Assembly: GCF_963506605.1 (NCBI RefSeq)
Contig: NC_083276.1
Span: 75,454,001 to 75,518,000, forward strand
Reading direction: 5' to 3'
Length of the DNA: 64,000 nucleotides
From: Zootoca vivipara
Taxonomy: Eukaryota
Position numbers and translations under genes: made by a program. The notes under the pieces were generated by a model. That model was not told the origin of the DNA, did no database searches, and saw nothing but the letters and a program-made list of their open reading frames with translations. The stretch's first letter is position 1, and each line of letters begins with the position of its first letter. Shown in pieces: positions 47,529 to 60,022 of this stretch.

Positions 47529-49209
47529 TATTCTGTTGGAAGTTGCCCAGAGTAGCAGGGCCAACTCAGTCAGATGGATGGGGTACAAGTAATACATTAT
47601 TATTATTCTGTTCAGTAATGTCAATGGGTATGCTCTTGAGTAAAACTTTGTTGACTGCCACCCAATGACTTGCTTTTTAAAATTCAGTGCATTGAGAATG
47701 CCTTAGATTGGTATTTGTAACAGGCATGATTTTGATTCTGTGCAAACAAGGTCACACATTTAAATTTGTTCAGGCTGATAGTCAACAGTAGATGGTGCCA
47801 CAATCACATAGTTTATTTGAAAAGTGCTGCCTTCACTATATGCTGCAGGAACATCTGCATTTGACCTTCAGGTATCTTATTAACTGTGGGAAGAAAAGAA
47901 CAAAACTTCTGTAGACACATCAGTACTTCAGTCTGAACCTTGGAAATTTAACCTATTAATCAATGGCTTACTGTAAGTCCCTTCCTTCCTTGGTATTACC
48001 TAGAGCAGTGAAAGGACAAACAGCAATAACTCATTCTTGAACTGAGATTGCTTTTAAAAAAAAGTTTATTTTTTTGTCAGCTGTCCACAAACACAGCTTT
48101 ATTATATTGGGTCTTTTCATTTCATTTTTAAATTCTTCTGGGAAATCCTTGATTTGGGGGGGGGGGGCAGCAACCATCAAACTTGAGCATTAGCTACAGT
48201 TAAATTGAGACTCTAAAAGGAATGCAACAAATACTGTGAGCTGCAATAAATGTTCTGCTGAGGTCAGCATCATTTGCAGCTTCAAGAAGGACAAAGCTGT
48301 TTTGTGATACCCGAAATGTCTGAACAAGAGTGTAGTGGGGAGGAGGGTGAGCAGCATTGTATATTCAGGAGAGAACCGAGGTCAGAAAGTTTAAAATACA
48401 TAGCCCACCTTTTAATTGGGCCTGGGTAGATTCTCAAAGTGCCATGTGCTTCAGAGGAATATCTGAAAGTTCAATTTGACAATAGCAAAGCACAAAATGA
48501 ATATTTAACTATGTTTTGCCATGACGACAGTTTGCTCCAGCCTCATTATACTTTTAAAAAATGCAATGCAGCATGTGCATTTCCCTCCGTCCCTCCCGAG
48601 TTGACAGTGATAATATGGGAAAATATGGTTTTAAAACGCTCAAGTCTTCTGTTGAGACGAGCAGACATATAATTTATTGGATGTTTTTAAATGGGCACTC
48701 AGCTAGGGCCGTTTGGGGATGGCGGAGTGCATGCAATGCTTGATTTACATAATCTATTTAGGGTGACAAATGGGAGTACACGTAACTGAAGTCTGAGCAT
48801 TAACCACTAATCCCTTGAATTGGCAAGAAGTGCTCTTAGGCCAGAGAGATGGCTTGACAAGTTAGGCTGCCAGTACTTAAATCTTCTGGGCGATTTTTCT
48901 TACAAGAGAAGCTGCCATCCTTCTCCCACCTTTGCCATAAATCGGGTAAACTGCTCAATACCAAGTTTAGTATAAAAAACAATGTCAAGTTGATGAATAT
49001 TGTCTCTCTGTGTGTAAAATCTCTTTGAACCCACATTAGTAGTGAGGTGTTGTTGTTTTGTGGTGCCCTGAAAACAGTGCTTGAAACACCAGCAGCAAAA
49101 TCCAGATTGCAGATGCTACATTTTATTTTTATTTTGTGTGTGCCAGTGGGTATATCTCATCTACACAGCCCATGAATAACCCCTAATCAATCAGCATCTC
49201 CCCACCATT

Positions 49210-49356
49210 CATAGAATCATAGAATGGTAGAGTTGGAAGGGACCCCCGAGGGTTATCTAGGCCAACGTCCTGCGATGCAGGAATATTTTGCCTGACATGG
49301 AACTCAAACTCACAACCCCGAGATTAAAAGCCTCCTGCTCTACTGACTGAGCTATC
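49210..49356 (-). mobile_element. tRNA-derived SINE with CR1-type tail
   Basis: Minus strand head GATAGCTCAGTCAGTAGAGC (A-box) and an (ATTCTATG)n tail. Confidence 0.7.
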
Positions 49357-49433
49357 TTGGTGAAGAGGTTGGCCACATATCTCCATAGATTGCTCTTGGA
49401 ATGAACATGCAGTGTTGGCTGATTAAGCTAAAT

Positions 49434-49856
49434 CAGGCATTGGCAACCTCCGGCCCATGGGCCATATGCGGCCCACAGAAGCCGTTTATCCGGCCCACGA
49501 GTCGCCCGGTCACCAAGCCGCCCGCTCGGCAAGTCCCCACGCCCCGCCGCGCTAACCCGGCGCAGCACGGAGACTCACCGAGTGGTGCCAAAAACAGCGT
49601 CTGGGTATGCCCAGACACCAGAAATCGCTTCTGCGCATGTCAGGGCATGCACAGAAGCGATTTCTGGTGCCAGGCTGTCCATACCCAGACGCCTGAAATC
49701 GCTTATGCACATGTCAGGGCATGTGCAGAAGCGATTTCCGGCGCTCCGAAAATGGGCCGCACAGCACCGGAAATTGCTTCTGCGCCTGTCCCGGCCCACG
49801 GACCAACGTCAGTGGAAATGATGCGGCCCACGGCTGAAAAATGTTGCCGACTCCTG
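49434..49856. mobile_element. 423-bp hAT-Charlie MITE
   Basis: TIRs CAGG.....GGCAAC, perfect TSD AGCTAAAT, internal inverted GAAATCGCTTCTGC repeats. Confidence 0.9.
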
Positions 49857-50779
49857 AGCTAAATCCATTGATTCACTGGATGGTGTTAAAGTACCGTAAG
49901 GATTACTTTGAATAGACCTATTGCAATTAATGGACCTAACTTCGTCATGTTCATTAATTTCAGTGTGTCTACTCTCAATAAAACTTGGCTGAGCACCACC
50001 TGCTATTTTCAGCAGAGGTAATGGCAAAAATCTGAAGGGTACTACCCAGTACAAGCAGAGATAGCTGAATATTCTTTTATTCCCCTCTGTGGAGGATGAT
50101 CTCATCTTCTCGCCCACCCTTTCTGCATATTATTTACTTAATGCTTTTAGATATTTGAGAATAGAACATTACAGTGAGGGTACTGCAAGTGTAGATGCAT
50201 TTGCAACACGACAGAAAAAATGTAGGAGAATTATTTCTTCTCAACCGGTTGCCTCCTGGCTTTACTGGCAGAGTGTGGGCTGTTAACCACCTTTAATGGA
50301 ACACCTTCAACTACTTAAAAGGCTTCTGACATCAATGTACTAAATGACTGTTGCTGGTTGTGGGACTGCAAACATGTCATATCTGGGCTAATTGGGGCCA
50401 AGGGAAAGGGAGCCTAGCACTGTCACTCCCTCCTTTTCCTCATTGCTGCAAGGGAGAGTCACACAACGTCAGGAAGAGGGAAGTCCAAGCAGAGATTTCC
50501 CTTTTCTGTGAGTGCCTTCCAAGCATCGCCGATCACAGCCAGACATGTGATAAGGCATGGAATCACTAGGTTACCGAGGAAGATGGGGAAGAAGGAAAGG
50601 CCCAAATAGTAAGAAAAGAGCTGGGAATTAAGAGAACATGTGTACCTTAATCCTCAAACACTGATGGGGGAAACCTGTGGCCCTCCAGGCAGCATGGCCA
50701 ATGGTCAGGGATGACAGGTGCTGCAGTCCAACAACATCCAGAGGGCCACAGGCTCCTTACTCCTCTTCTACTCACACTA

Positions 50780-50873
50780 AAAGGTAAAGGGACCCCTGAC
50801 CCATTAGGTCCAGTCGTGACCGACTTTGGGGTTGCGGTGCTCATCTCGCGTTATTGGCCGAGGGAGCCGGCAT
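50780..50873 (-). mobile_element. Sauria SINE 3' fragment
   Basis: Reverse complement of about 63655-63750, with flanking TCACACTA repeat. Confidence 0.85.
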
Positions 50874-51681
50874 TCACACTACTGCCCATTTAAATAAGAA
50901 CCAGGTGGCCATTGTGCCCCCATGCTGCTTCTGCCCACCTTAGGAAGAGTCTGTGCCCGCAGGCTCATGCATATACTGACCTTGATCCTGCTTCTGCCAG
51001 CCTCTATATGGGAGTGAGAGACAGCAACAGATTGCAGTGCCCACAAATTGCTGCTGCTTCCTCCAGGAAGAGACACTGACTGATCAGTGTGTCTTTATGC
51101 CTGATGAAGGCAGGCTGACCATTGTGACCTCATGATGAAGATGCTGACCTGCAGACTGGCCATTGTGACCACATGTTGAGTTTGCATACCTGAAGAAGAG
51201 AGAGTACAATGGGGGTCACTTGCTGCTGCTGCTGTTACCATTACCATTATAATTATCACAATCATCCTTTGATCTTCCTTCAACCCAAATGTTCCCAGGG
51301 GAGTATTCAGATACAATCAATAAAATACAGCATATTATTCCTTGATCACATAAACCAGGATGGGGAAACCTGGTCCTTTTAGATGTTGCTGTACTCCAAA
51401 CTCAACATCTGGAGGGAACCAACTTCCCCATCCCTGTCCTAAAATGAAGACTGAATAAAAAGTATCTCTTTTGTCACCTCCTGTTACATCCTATTTAAAG
51501 GGAGAATGGATTGTTCAGGGCCAAGTCCTATTAGAGTGTATCTTCAATGTTTAAGGAAGGAAGAGTATTTCCTGACTCAAGCATAGATGTTTATGCTGAT
51601 AACATTTTTAAACAAGAAGAGGTTGTTGTTCCACAATTTAGTTTTCTTACTTGTAGACCTAACGCCATGTTTTTGTTACAG

Positions 51682-51774
51682 GGGTCTGATTCACTTGCTC
51701 ACTCACCTCTCGGAAGCTTTGCATCAGGCGCGGCTGAAGCTGATGCTTGTCATCCCTCCCACTGTCATGCCAGG
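51682..51774 (+). CDS. CHID1: CHID1 coding exon (93 nt); last CHID1 exon found in the window
   Basis: cag|GLIHLLTHLSEALHQARLKLMLVIPPTVMP(G)|gtgagt. Confidence 0.95.
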
Positions 51775-52739
51775 GTGAGTGTCTTTCTTTCAAAGAAAAT
51801 CCCAGATGAATCTATTTTCAGCTTCATTCAAGCTATTTGGGTTTAATGTTTGCTGTGAGACCAGCGCATATATGCAGCCTAAAAAGCGAAGCGTGTATTC
51901 CCTCTTCACCACTGGAGAAAAATGTCAGGCTCAGCACCTTGGGGAAGAAGAGAGGGACACATTTAAGAGGCTTGGATTAGGAAATGTGTCTGTGCTAAGA
52001 TTTAATCCCTCTGGGCAAGAACCGTGTATTCATTATGAAACCTCCAACCAAGGCACTTAATAAATATTGAAGCAAGCGAGCAAAAGAACTATCAAGTGCT
52101 ATGTATACCAAACAGTGCTAAGGAAATGACTTTTAATTAGAGTCTTTATATTGATAAATGGATTATAAAATTTTGGAAGGAAATAAGATCTGTAATGGTA
52201 TGAACCCATACATCTCCTAATCCAGGGTGGCTAAGGTGGTGCCATTCAGATGTTGCAGGACTACAGTTTCTGTACTGTCTGAACACTGATCCTACTGGCT
52301 AGGGCTGATGGAGAGATGGAGTCCAACAACTTCTGGAGGGTTCCCCCCCCCCCGGCCCTGTCCCAAAGCATCATGTATAGTGACAGTAAACACAGGTCAA
52401 GTAAGGAGATGTAAGAAGGAATGCAGACACTTTGAAAAGGCCATCTTCATGTACCGGTAACTTACTTTCCTTTGCTACCTGCCACATGTTTAGTTTTGCT
52501 AATGCCCATTTCACTCTAAATTGTTTTGTAATAATTAAGCAAAGTAGCTGCCTTCATTAGTACAAAACAGTTGGAAAGGAAGATCGCAAACTGAAAAGCA
52601 CATGGTTATACAAATTGGCCAGTTGTGCACTACATACCTGCATTTAATCTGTGCCTTCTTCATCTCCCCAGTGCTTATTTATTTGTATAAAAAAAATATT
52701 CCTGGATTCATAATTTTATGGTTTGTACACAGTTTAAAC

Positions 52740-52875
52740 CAGGCATCCCCAAACTGCGGCCCTCCGGATGTTTTGGCCTACAGCTCCCATGATCCCTAGC
52801 TAAGAGGACCAGTGGTCGGGGAAGATGGGAATTGTAGTCCAAAACATCTGGAGGGCCGAAGTTTGGGGATGCCTG
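52740..52875. mobile_element. hAT hairpin MITE (136 bp)
   Basis: TIR CAGGCATCCCCAAAC, perfect TSD GTTTAAAC. Confidence 0.92.
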
Positions 52876-53733
52876 GTTTAAACTCTTGGCGGAGGAACTA
52901 TGCAATCCCTGTGCTGGCTAGATGGAACATTAGCCCTTCTTAGCCACATGTATTAGTGAATAGTTTCATTTGCTCAATGGCATCTGATGAAGAGGATACT
53001 GGTAGCTGAAACTGAGTTTTGCATAGATGTTTAAAATAACTTCAGCCTCCTCCTTGGCATGCAGACCTACATCTCAGTCTTGTGAGTGCCTGCAAAGGGG
53101 TAAACAATACTATCACCCTTTCATAGTCTGGGTCCTGTAGCTTGCTAAGGGTTTGGCCCTTCAAACCTCAATACTTGTGATGTTGGAGTCAGTTGCATCA
53201 CCCAGTAGTGTGTTCTGTTGATAGCCTTGCCACTCTCTTCCTATCCTGATCCTGTGGTGTGTTGCCCTCGTCCGCTACTTCTCCGTTGTGTAAGGCCTTA
53301 CAAAGCACAGCTGCATTGGCCTTTGCATTTGCATGTGTGAAACATCTGTGCTGCTTGTGATACATCAGTGCAAGAGCCCCGGGCCCCGTCACCTTGTACA
53401 GGATGCTGCTCAGTGCACAGGATACTGTAGAATTATTATTCATTTAGATTATTTTCAAACTGGCCTTCATCTTTTTAGATCCCAAGGCGGCATTCAAATG
53501 GCATGCCCAAAATAAAATTCAACAACACAACTAAAGCACAATCCAACAAGACACCTTTTAGAACAATAAAGCACGTCACAGTTCAGCATTTATAATGCTT
53601 AATTAGGCAGTTGCATTTTCATATTTGTGTTGCAGGGAGAGAATATGCAGAAGTTTGAAAAAAAATATTTAAAACTCCCGTTGAGATTCTTCATTCTTCT
53701 TGAGTAATTATTTTTGTTAGCCATGCTATATAC

Positions 53734-53869
53734 CAGGCATCCCCAAACTGCGGCCCTCCAGATATTTTGGCCTACAACTCCCATGATCCCTAGCTAAGAG
53801 GACCAGTGGTCAGGGAAGATGGGAATTGTAGTCCAAAACATCTGGAGGGCTGAGGTTTGGGGATGCCTG
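53734..53869. mobile_element. hAT hairpin MITE (136 bp)
   Basis: Same TIR, perfect TSD CTATATAC. Confidence 0.92.
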
Positions 53870-56800
53870 CTATATACTGTATATACCTTTTTAAATGTTG
53901 GACACAGCACAAGGTTATTAATACAAAAATACGAGGAGGCCAGCACATCCCCGTAAAGAACTGCCGAAACATGGATCAGTCAAGTTTTTGTCTTCTTATT
54001 TTAGATTTAAAGCAGATTGCTCCAGCTTGTTAATTGTAGTCTGCTACAGAAAGCAAATGAGTGCTCTTAAACACATTTGCAGCTTCTACATTATCACTCA
54101 TTATTACTACAAAGCTTATCATGAAGCTAATGCATTCTTTTCAAGATCTAGGATAATTGCAGCAAACAATAGACTTTGCAAAATGCATTTCTATATTTTA
54201 AATGTTAAGTAGAATGTAGGCAATTTCACAAATTTAATATTCTCTTGCCCCCTTGACTCAATAGAATTGGCTAGAATTGCTATACATGATTTGGTACGTA
54301 GATGTATTCTTCAGTGGGCAATTGTGGACAAGCCAGCTCAAATGGAGTGACTTTTACAGAGCATTTGCTGCCCTGCAGAGTACATTATTGCTAAGAATGA
54401 ATATTCTTTTGTGGATCTCTGCATAAGGGCCTTTTGGAAATCCATAAAGCAGCTTCTTGTCTGGAGCATATTTTTGAGCACTTCCTCCTAAGAGCATTTT
54501 ACTGAAATTAGAGGGGACAGGGACTGACAAATAGTTTGGAATTCTGCCATGTTTAAGGCCAGTGGAAACCACTGCAGCAATTAATCTGACTTCCAGCCTA
54601 TTAGATTAATCATAATTGGATTAAAGTATAATCACTGTATAAAGTATGATCACACAGAGATTCCCCCTTGCACAAAATAACTCTATTCCCCTCCTGCGTG
54701 CTCTCTTAATTTGTTCTGGGGCTTCTCCCAACCCACTGGCGCAGATTTGGGGGTGATGTGGGTTGTGCACAGGGAGAGGAGAGGAGAAGAAATTCACACT
54801 GGGCAAGCAAAACTTGTTGCACCTGTTCAGTTATTTAGTTGAATGTCATCCCTTTCAGTGGATGCTGCCCTATGAGAGAAGAATGCTGATGGGGCCTTTG
54901 GTCTGATCTAGCAGAGCTCTTCTTGAGGTCTTAGGGTAGCCGAAGATTTCAGGAAGGTAGGTAAGGAAAACTATCTAATCCAAAAGAACAATACTTCCAA
55001 TGTCATTCAAACAAGATAGTACAATAATGGCTCCCTGTACTCTGCACTAAAAGGGGGGAAAATAGGCACCCAGATAATCCAAATATTGTACCAAGAAAGG
55101 CAGAATAGCACAGTCAATATAAATCATGAAAATCAAGTGTATTTTCCTAATTTCTTACTTTGCGGGATTTATTTGATATTATTATTTGCATAAACATGTA
55201 CAATTTTGTAGTAGAGAAGAACATGGAGCACTGAAGACTACTTTAGCCTCTCCCCTGATTGTTTGGCTGCCCCCCTGAGATTTCAGCTGGCAATGCCCAC
55301 CCATATATGTTCAACCATATTTGTTACAACTGTAAAGGTTAGGAACTGTCTTGCGTGTGTAATGAAAGGTGATGTTTTCAAGGAGCTGAGTTATGAACAC
55401 ATTGCATATTTTTCCTCCTGCAGAATTGTAGCATATGTATAACAGCCCTGATCATGAATTTCTTGGTACAGACCTGTGTTTTTTGCTCATGTTGTTCTGC
55501 AAAATGCCACACGTGTTGGCACTACATAGATTCAAAACTGAGGCATTTGTTTCTCATAAAAAGGAAGCACTCTTCGCACCCAGCATCTTGAACTATGGTT
55601 TAGCTGACTAGCTTGAAAGGACTTCCTCCTGCCTTGTAGGCGGAATCCATAAAAATTCTCATTTGTCTCTTTGATATTTTTTTAAAGTGCTAGACTGGCA
55701 ATATGTGGTAAATTAGATTCATAGAATTACTGAGCTCCTGCTGGAACCTGCTTTTCATTGGCATATTTAATACTATGTCATCTTTATTCATTGTCACTTT
55801 AGAATCAATTTGGGTCTAACCTTTACAAATGATGGAAAGTGTACTTTTAATAATCTAATATCCTTCATGTGTTGGACTTGGAGTAGATTTAATCAGCCAT
55901 TCAGCAAAAGGCATAGAAAATGATATAGCAAAGAATCAAATAACATTTGTAGACTCCATATCTGGTAGAAGTCTGATAAGGTAGACTGAGACTATTTTGT
56001 AAAACATCACCCTTTTGAGCAGGACCCCCAGTGGCTAAAACAGTGCTCCTTTTGTGCTCTGCCCTGATTAAAACCTAAAAGGAAGAGCATAGTTTCATGC
56101 TCTTTTTAACGGGTTGCTGTCATACCAATTCGGTTCACATTAAGATCAAATTGATGAAAAATGCTATGTTAAAGGAAGAGTATAAGGGCTTGAAAAATAC
56201 TGGTACTTAAGGGGGGCGCGGGGGTAATTAACATCTGGAAAATGCAAGATATTTCATTTAATTCCACTAAAGGCACATTGAGGGAAACTGGAAAGTATCA
56301 AAATTGGGTTACCTTTGCAGGTTCTTCTACAAGGTTTTTACACCAAGTGAATTCAGGGTAGGCATAATTGGTGGAATAACCAATGTTTATAGTGGATTCA
56401 GTGCTGGCCTTAGACATGTGATTGTTTTTGATGGAAAGGTGGAATACAGAAATCTGACATAATTAAAAAACCGAGAAGTGCCAATTCTAATCTCTGCTGA
56501 ACAAGTGATTCACTGCATGGCCTTGGGCAACTCACTAACACAATTTAGCATTAATTTTCAATATGCAAAACACAAAATTAGCATACGGCATTGTTTGAAG
56601 GGCTTTGCAGATTTTCTCTTCTCACAGCAGCCCTATGAAGTCAATAGTACTGCGTGTATAAATGGCACACCAGTGTAGCTCTTGGGCCTAGTTTATATAA
56701 ATGACATGAGATGGTAAACCTGTTCCTGGCTTGTACCACTTCAAACTGCAAGTGGGGGTTTCACATGACTTTAGAGTGTGAAAACTAGCATGGTGGGGAG

Positions 56801-57161
56801 AAAGCTTTTCCCTGATGTGCCAGTTTTTAATGTACAGGATTGGCAGTTACACATACAGAAAGGGCCTTTTCTCCAGGGCCCTTCGGTGTCTTACCACCTT
56901 CACTCCCATAGATGTTGACAGCTCTCGTTGATTTCCCCTGGGAGAGTTTTAGGGTGCGGCATCTAGAAATACTCTGGAGGGGAGAAAGAAGAAATACCTG
57001 GGGAAAGTGATGTATTATCCCAGGAATAACCAACGTGGTGCCCTCCAGATATTGTAGGACCATGACTTCTATCATCCCTGGCCATTGACAAAGCTGACCA
57101 GGGCAGATGGGAGTTTAGCTTCATCTGCATTCTAGCATTGCAGCTAGAATGTATTGTAGGT

Positions 57162-57715
57162 TAGGGTTGCCATATTTTGAAGAGCGAAAAAGAGAACATG
57201 TTTGCCCACTTCACTACGACAACTCTCATTGTAAATACCCGTACTATATGTAGGCTTTAGAAGTTCACATTCCCATCTTAAAAATGTATACAAAAAGTAT
57301 ACATATACACAAAATGTAAACATACACTTTCTCATTCTTCAGCCTTCCTGGGTGATCCCAACGTGTCAAAATAATCTGAGCTGAAAACTGCATTTTAGGA
57401 GGGGGGGGGGAGGTTACATAGCTTATCACTGTATGACACACACCCGCACACACAAATCTAGTTCACCATTGTCTCTACTGTCCATCAGCAATTCTTCCAA
57501 GTTTCAGAGAGGGTTTGCCCCTACCAGAAATTGAACCTGGGTCTTTCTGCATGTGAAGCATGTACTCTACGACTAAGCTATGGGTGCAAGACTGTGTTGC
57601 CACACGTAAACAAAAAAACACAGACATTTTGCCTACTTTAAAAAATCTACGGACAGGAATATTTATGCTGAGAAAGGGGACATGTTGGGCAGAAACTGGA
57701 AGTATGGCAACTCTG
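57162..57715. mobile_element. hAT (Blackjack-like) element containing a SINE fragment (~57470-57583)
   Basis: Termini TAGGGTTGCCATA / TATGGCAACTCTG and perfect TSD TTGTAGGT. Confidence 0.75.
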
Positions 57716-59436
57716 TTGTAGGTGTTGTCCAGTAAAAAGTACCATGGAGATTTTGAGTGCCTGATATAGCACACCGCTTATTAGGAGAGAGAATTGGACT
57801 ACTGAACCAGAACTTGTTGGAGTAGTCTATAACTCATCCCAGCAATTCAGGAAAGAGGTATCTACTTTTTGTGATATATACTGGATGTTAGCAAGTGTTG
57901 ACTATATGTTTATTTAGAAAGCAGGGACATTAAAGGCTGCTTCCAATTGAGTGTACATCATAAATAACATCACAGATGAGGACAGGTTGTCTGTGTTTCT
58001 TTTATAGGGATTTTTATTACCCTGAAGGGTGAACCCACTTGCAGACAAGCAGTAAAACAGTAATATTTGCTTGGCTATTAAAAGCAATGATATAACTTAC
58101 TACTCTCCTTGTCTATCAGAACATTTCCAGTAACCTGCAATAAAAACTTTCTACGGCTTGTTGGTTTCACTGAAAATGCTTCCTCCATTTGGAAACAAGC
58201 ACAGGTAGTATCCTGGAAGTGCAGCCTTCAAGTAGGTAGATGTTCAGTCTCATCACACCTGTAGCACTTTAGTTTGACTGTAGTGCTGTCTTCACTCTAG
58301 GAAAGCATTTGTAAGGGGGGGCGGGCTTATTGATTGAGCAAAACAATTGTGGTTTTTTTTTGGGGGGGGAAGCAGGACAAGTATTGTTGAAAGTTTAAAA
58401 TTCAGCAGCTGTCTTTTATCTCTACCTTTTGTACACCTCACAACTTTGAAGAAAGCGCATTAAAGCAATGCAGTCTCAGCAAAATAAACCTTATCAGATT
58501 GTTAGCTTTTCTCAGTTCAATGAGATGAGCAGTAATTCTGCTGCCTGTTGATGGCTTTTGAAAGTCAGATAAACAGAAAAGTCCTCTTCCTCCCAGACCG
58601 TGGTTATGTTTTTGTATGCATGCTATGTGTGTAATGCCCATGTGTTTTGCCATAATTATTGAATGTAGTATCCATAACTCTTGATGTGTGAAGGTCCTGA
58701 TGAGTGTGGTTCAAAGAAAGTGAAGACCTGGGCTTTTACTGGGAAATTCCCATCAATGCTGAATTTCCTGTCCATCCCGCATGAAGGATATCTGTGCAGT
58801 CTGAACAGTAAAATGGCAAATGACGTATCTAGATTGTATATACTTGGACTTTCAAAAAGCTTTTAATAAACTCTCTTGGCAAAGGTGCCCAAGTCTTGGG
58901 ATAGGAATTGGCCCACCACCAGTGGTAGCTCCAGTGTCACACGTATATGTGGTTGTGCGCAAGTGGGGGGATGCCTATGTACCCAAATTGTATTGCCCTG
59001 ACCCATAGGTCTACGAATCCATGTATTGGACGGTGGGGAAGGCTTGCATGTTTGCCCCACTTTGATCCCTCACATGTTCTTTCTGAATGCTAGAAAAGGG
59101 CTTAAAATGTTTGGCACAGGAGCATTGTTAGGGGGTGACTCAGGAGATCTGAGCCCTGAGTCTCCTACTCCTTCTCCTTAATTTTTTTTTAAACTTTGCA
59201 GATTGGATAACTGAGTGCACTATGGTATGAACTGCAGTGCTGGTGAGACCCCTCTGTTTACCATCTTAATTTCTTAATATAGACACCTACAGATATAAAG
59301 TAGCACATGCAATTTTTTAATGGGAATTGGAGTCATGGACCTGTGCTTTTAGGTACTTAGCCACACTCTTGCTCTTTGGAGCTTTTTCATTTAGTCAAAA
59401 GATAACTGAGTTCGGGGGCGGGGGGGGGGAGATACC

Positions 59437-59507
59437 GTGTTTTTAATATTCTGTTGGGAGCTGCCCAGAGTGACTGGGGAAACCCAGCCAAGATGGGTGG
59501 GGTTTAA

Positions 59508-59558
<51 letters not shown>
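59437..59558 (+). repeat. LINE-like 3' end with a long (ATT)n microsatellite tail
   Basis: CTGTTGGGAGCTGCCCAGAG...GATGGGTGGGGT followed by (ATT)n at 59508-59558. Confidence 0.8.
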
Positions 59559-59850
59559 GGTCTATAACTTTATGCATGGTGTGGAGGTAGTGGACAAAGA
59601 GAAGTTTCTCACATATAATTCCTTGTGCTCCGCTAATGAAATGGATTGACCATAGAATCAGAAGATGCAAAAGAATAAATGGAAGTCAAGCTAGTAAATA
59701 AACACCATGTATTTCTACAACATGGATATGATTTTTATTTATTTATTACCAATAATGAGTCTTAAGGCCTATGGCCTATGGAATATACAGTAATAGCCAA
59801 ACAATCTTATGTGGCTTCACGACACTGAAATGCAGACACGGTGTACAATA

Positions 59851-60022
59851 CAGTGGTACCTCGGTTTAAGTACACAATTGGTTCCGGAAGTCCGTACTTA
59901 ACATGAAGCGAACTTTCCCATTGAAAGTAATGGAAAGTGGATTAATCCGTTCCAGACGGGTCTGTGGAGTACTTAAACTGAAAGTACTCAAACCGAAGCG
60001 TACTTAAACCGAGGTATGACTG
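59851..60022. mobile_element. Tigger-like MITE
   Basis: CAGTGGTACCTC...GAGGTATGACTG with TA TSD. Confidence 0.9.

Larger units (their letters stand above)
46715..47607 (+). mobile_element. L2-like LINE 3' fragment interrupted by two MITEs
   Basis: KLQLIQNVAARLV...FKVLVLT remnant with an (ATT)n tail. Confidence 0.7.

Noticed and set aside
49401-49862. 153-aa ORF with internal repeats
   Set aside because: Coincides with the 423-bp hAT MITE and its internal repeats; no transposase similarity.
51132-51193. Possible C/D-box snoRNA (ATGATGA...CTGA)
   Set aside because: No clear terminal stem or recognisable antisense element, and the words are part of a degenerate repeat reported under findings.
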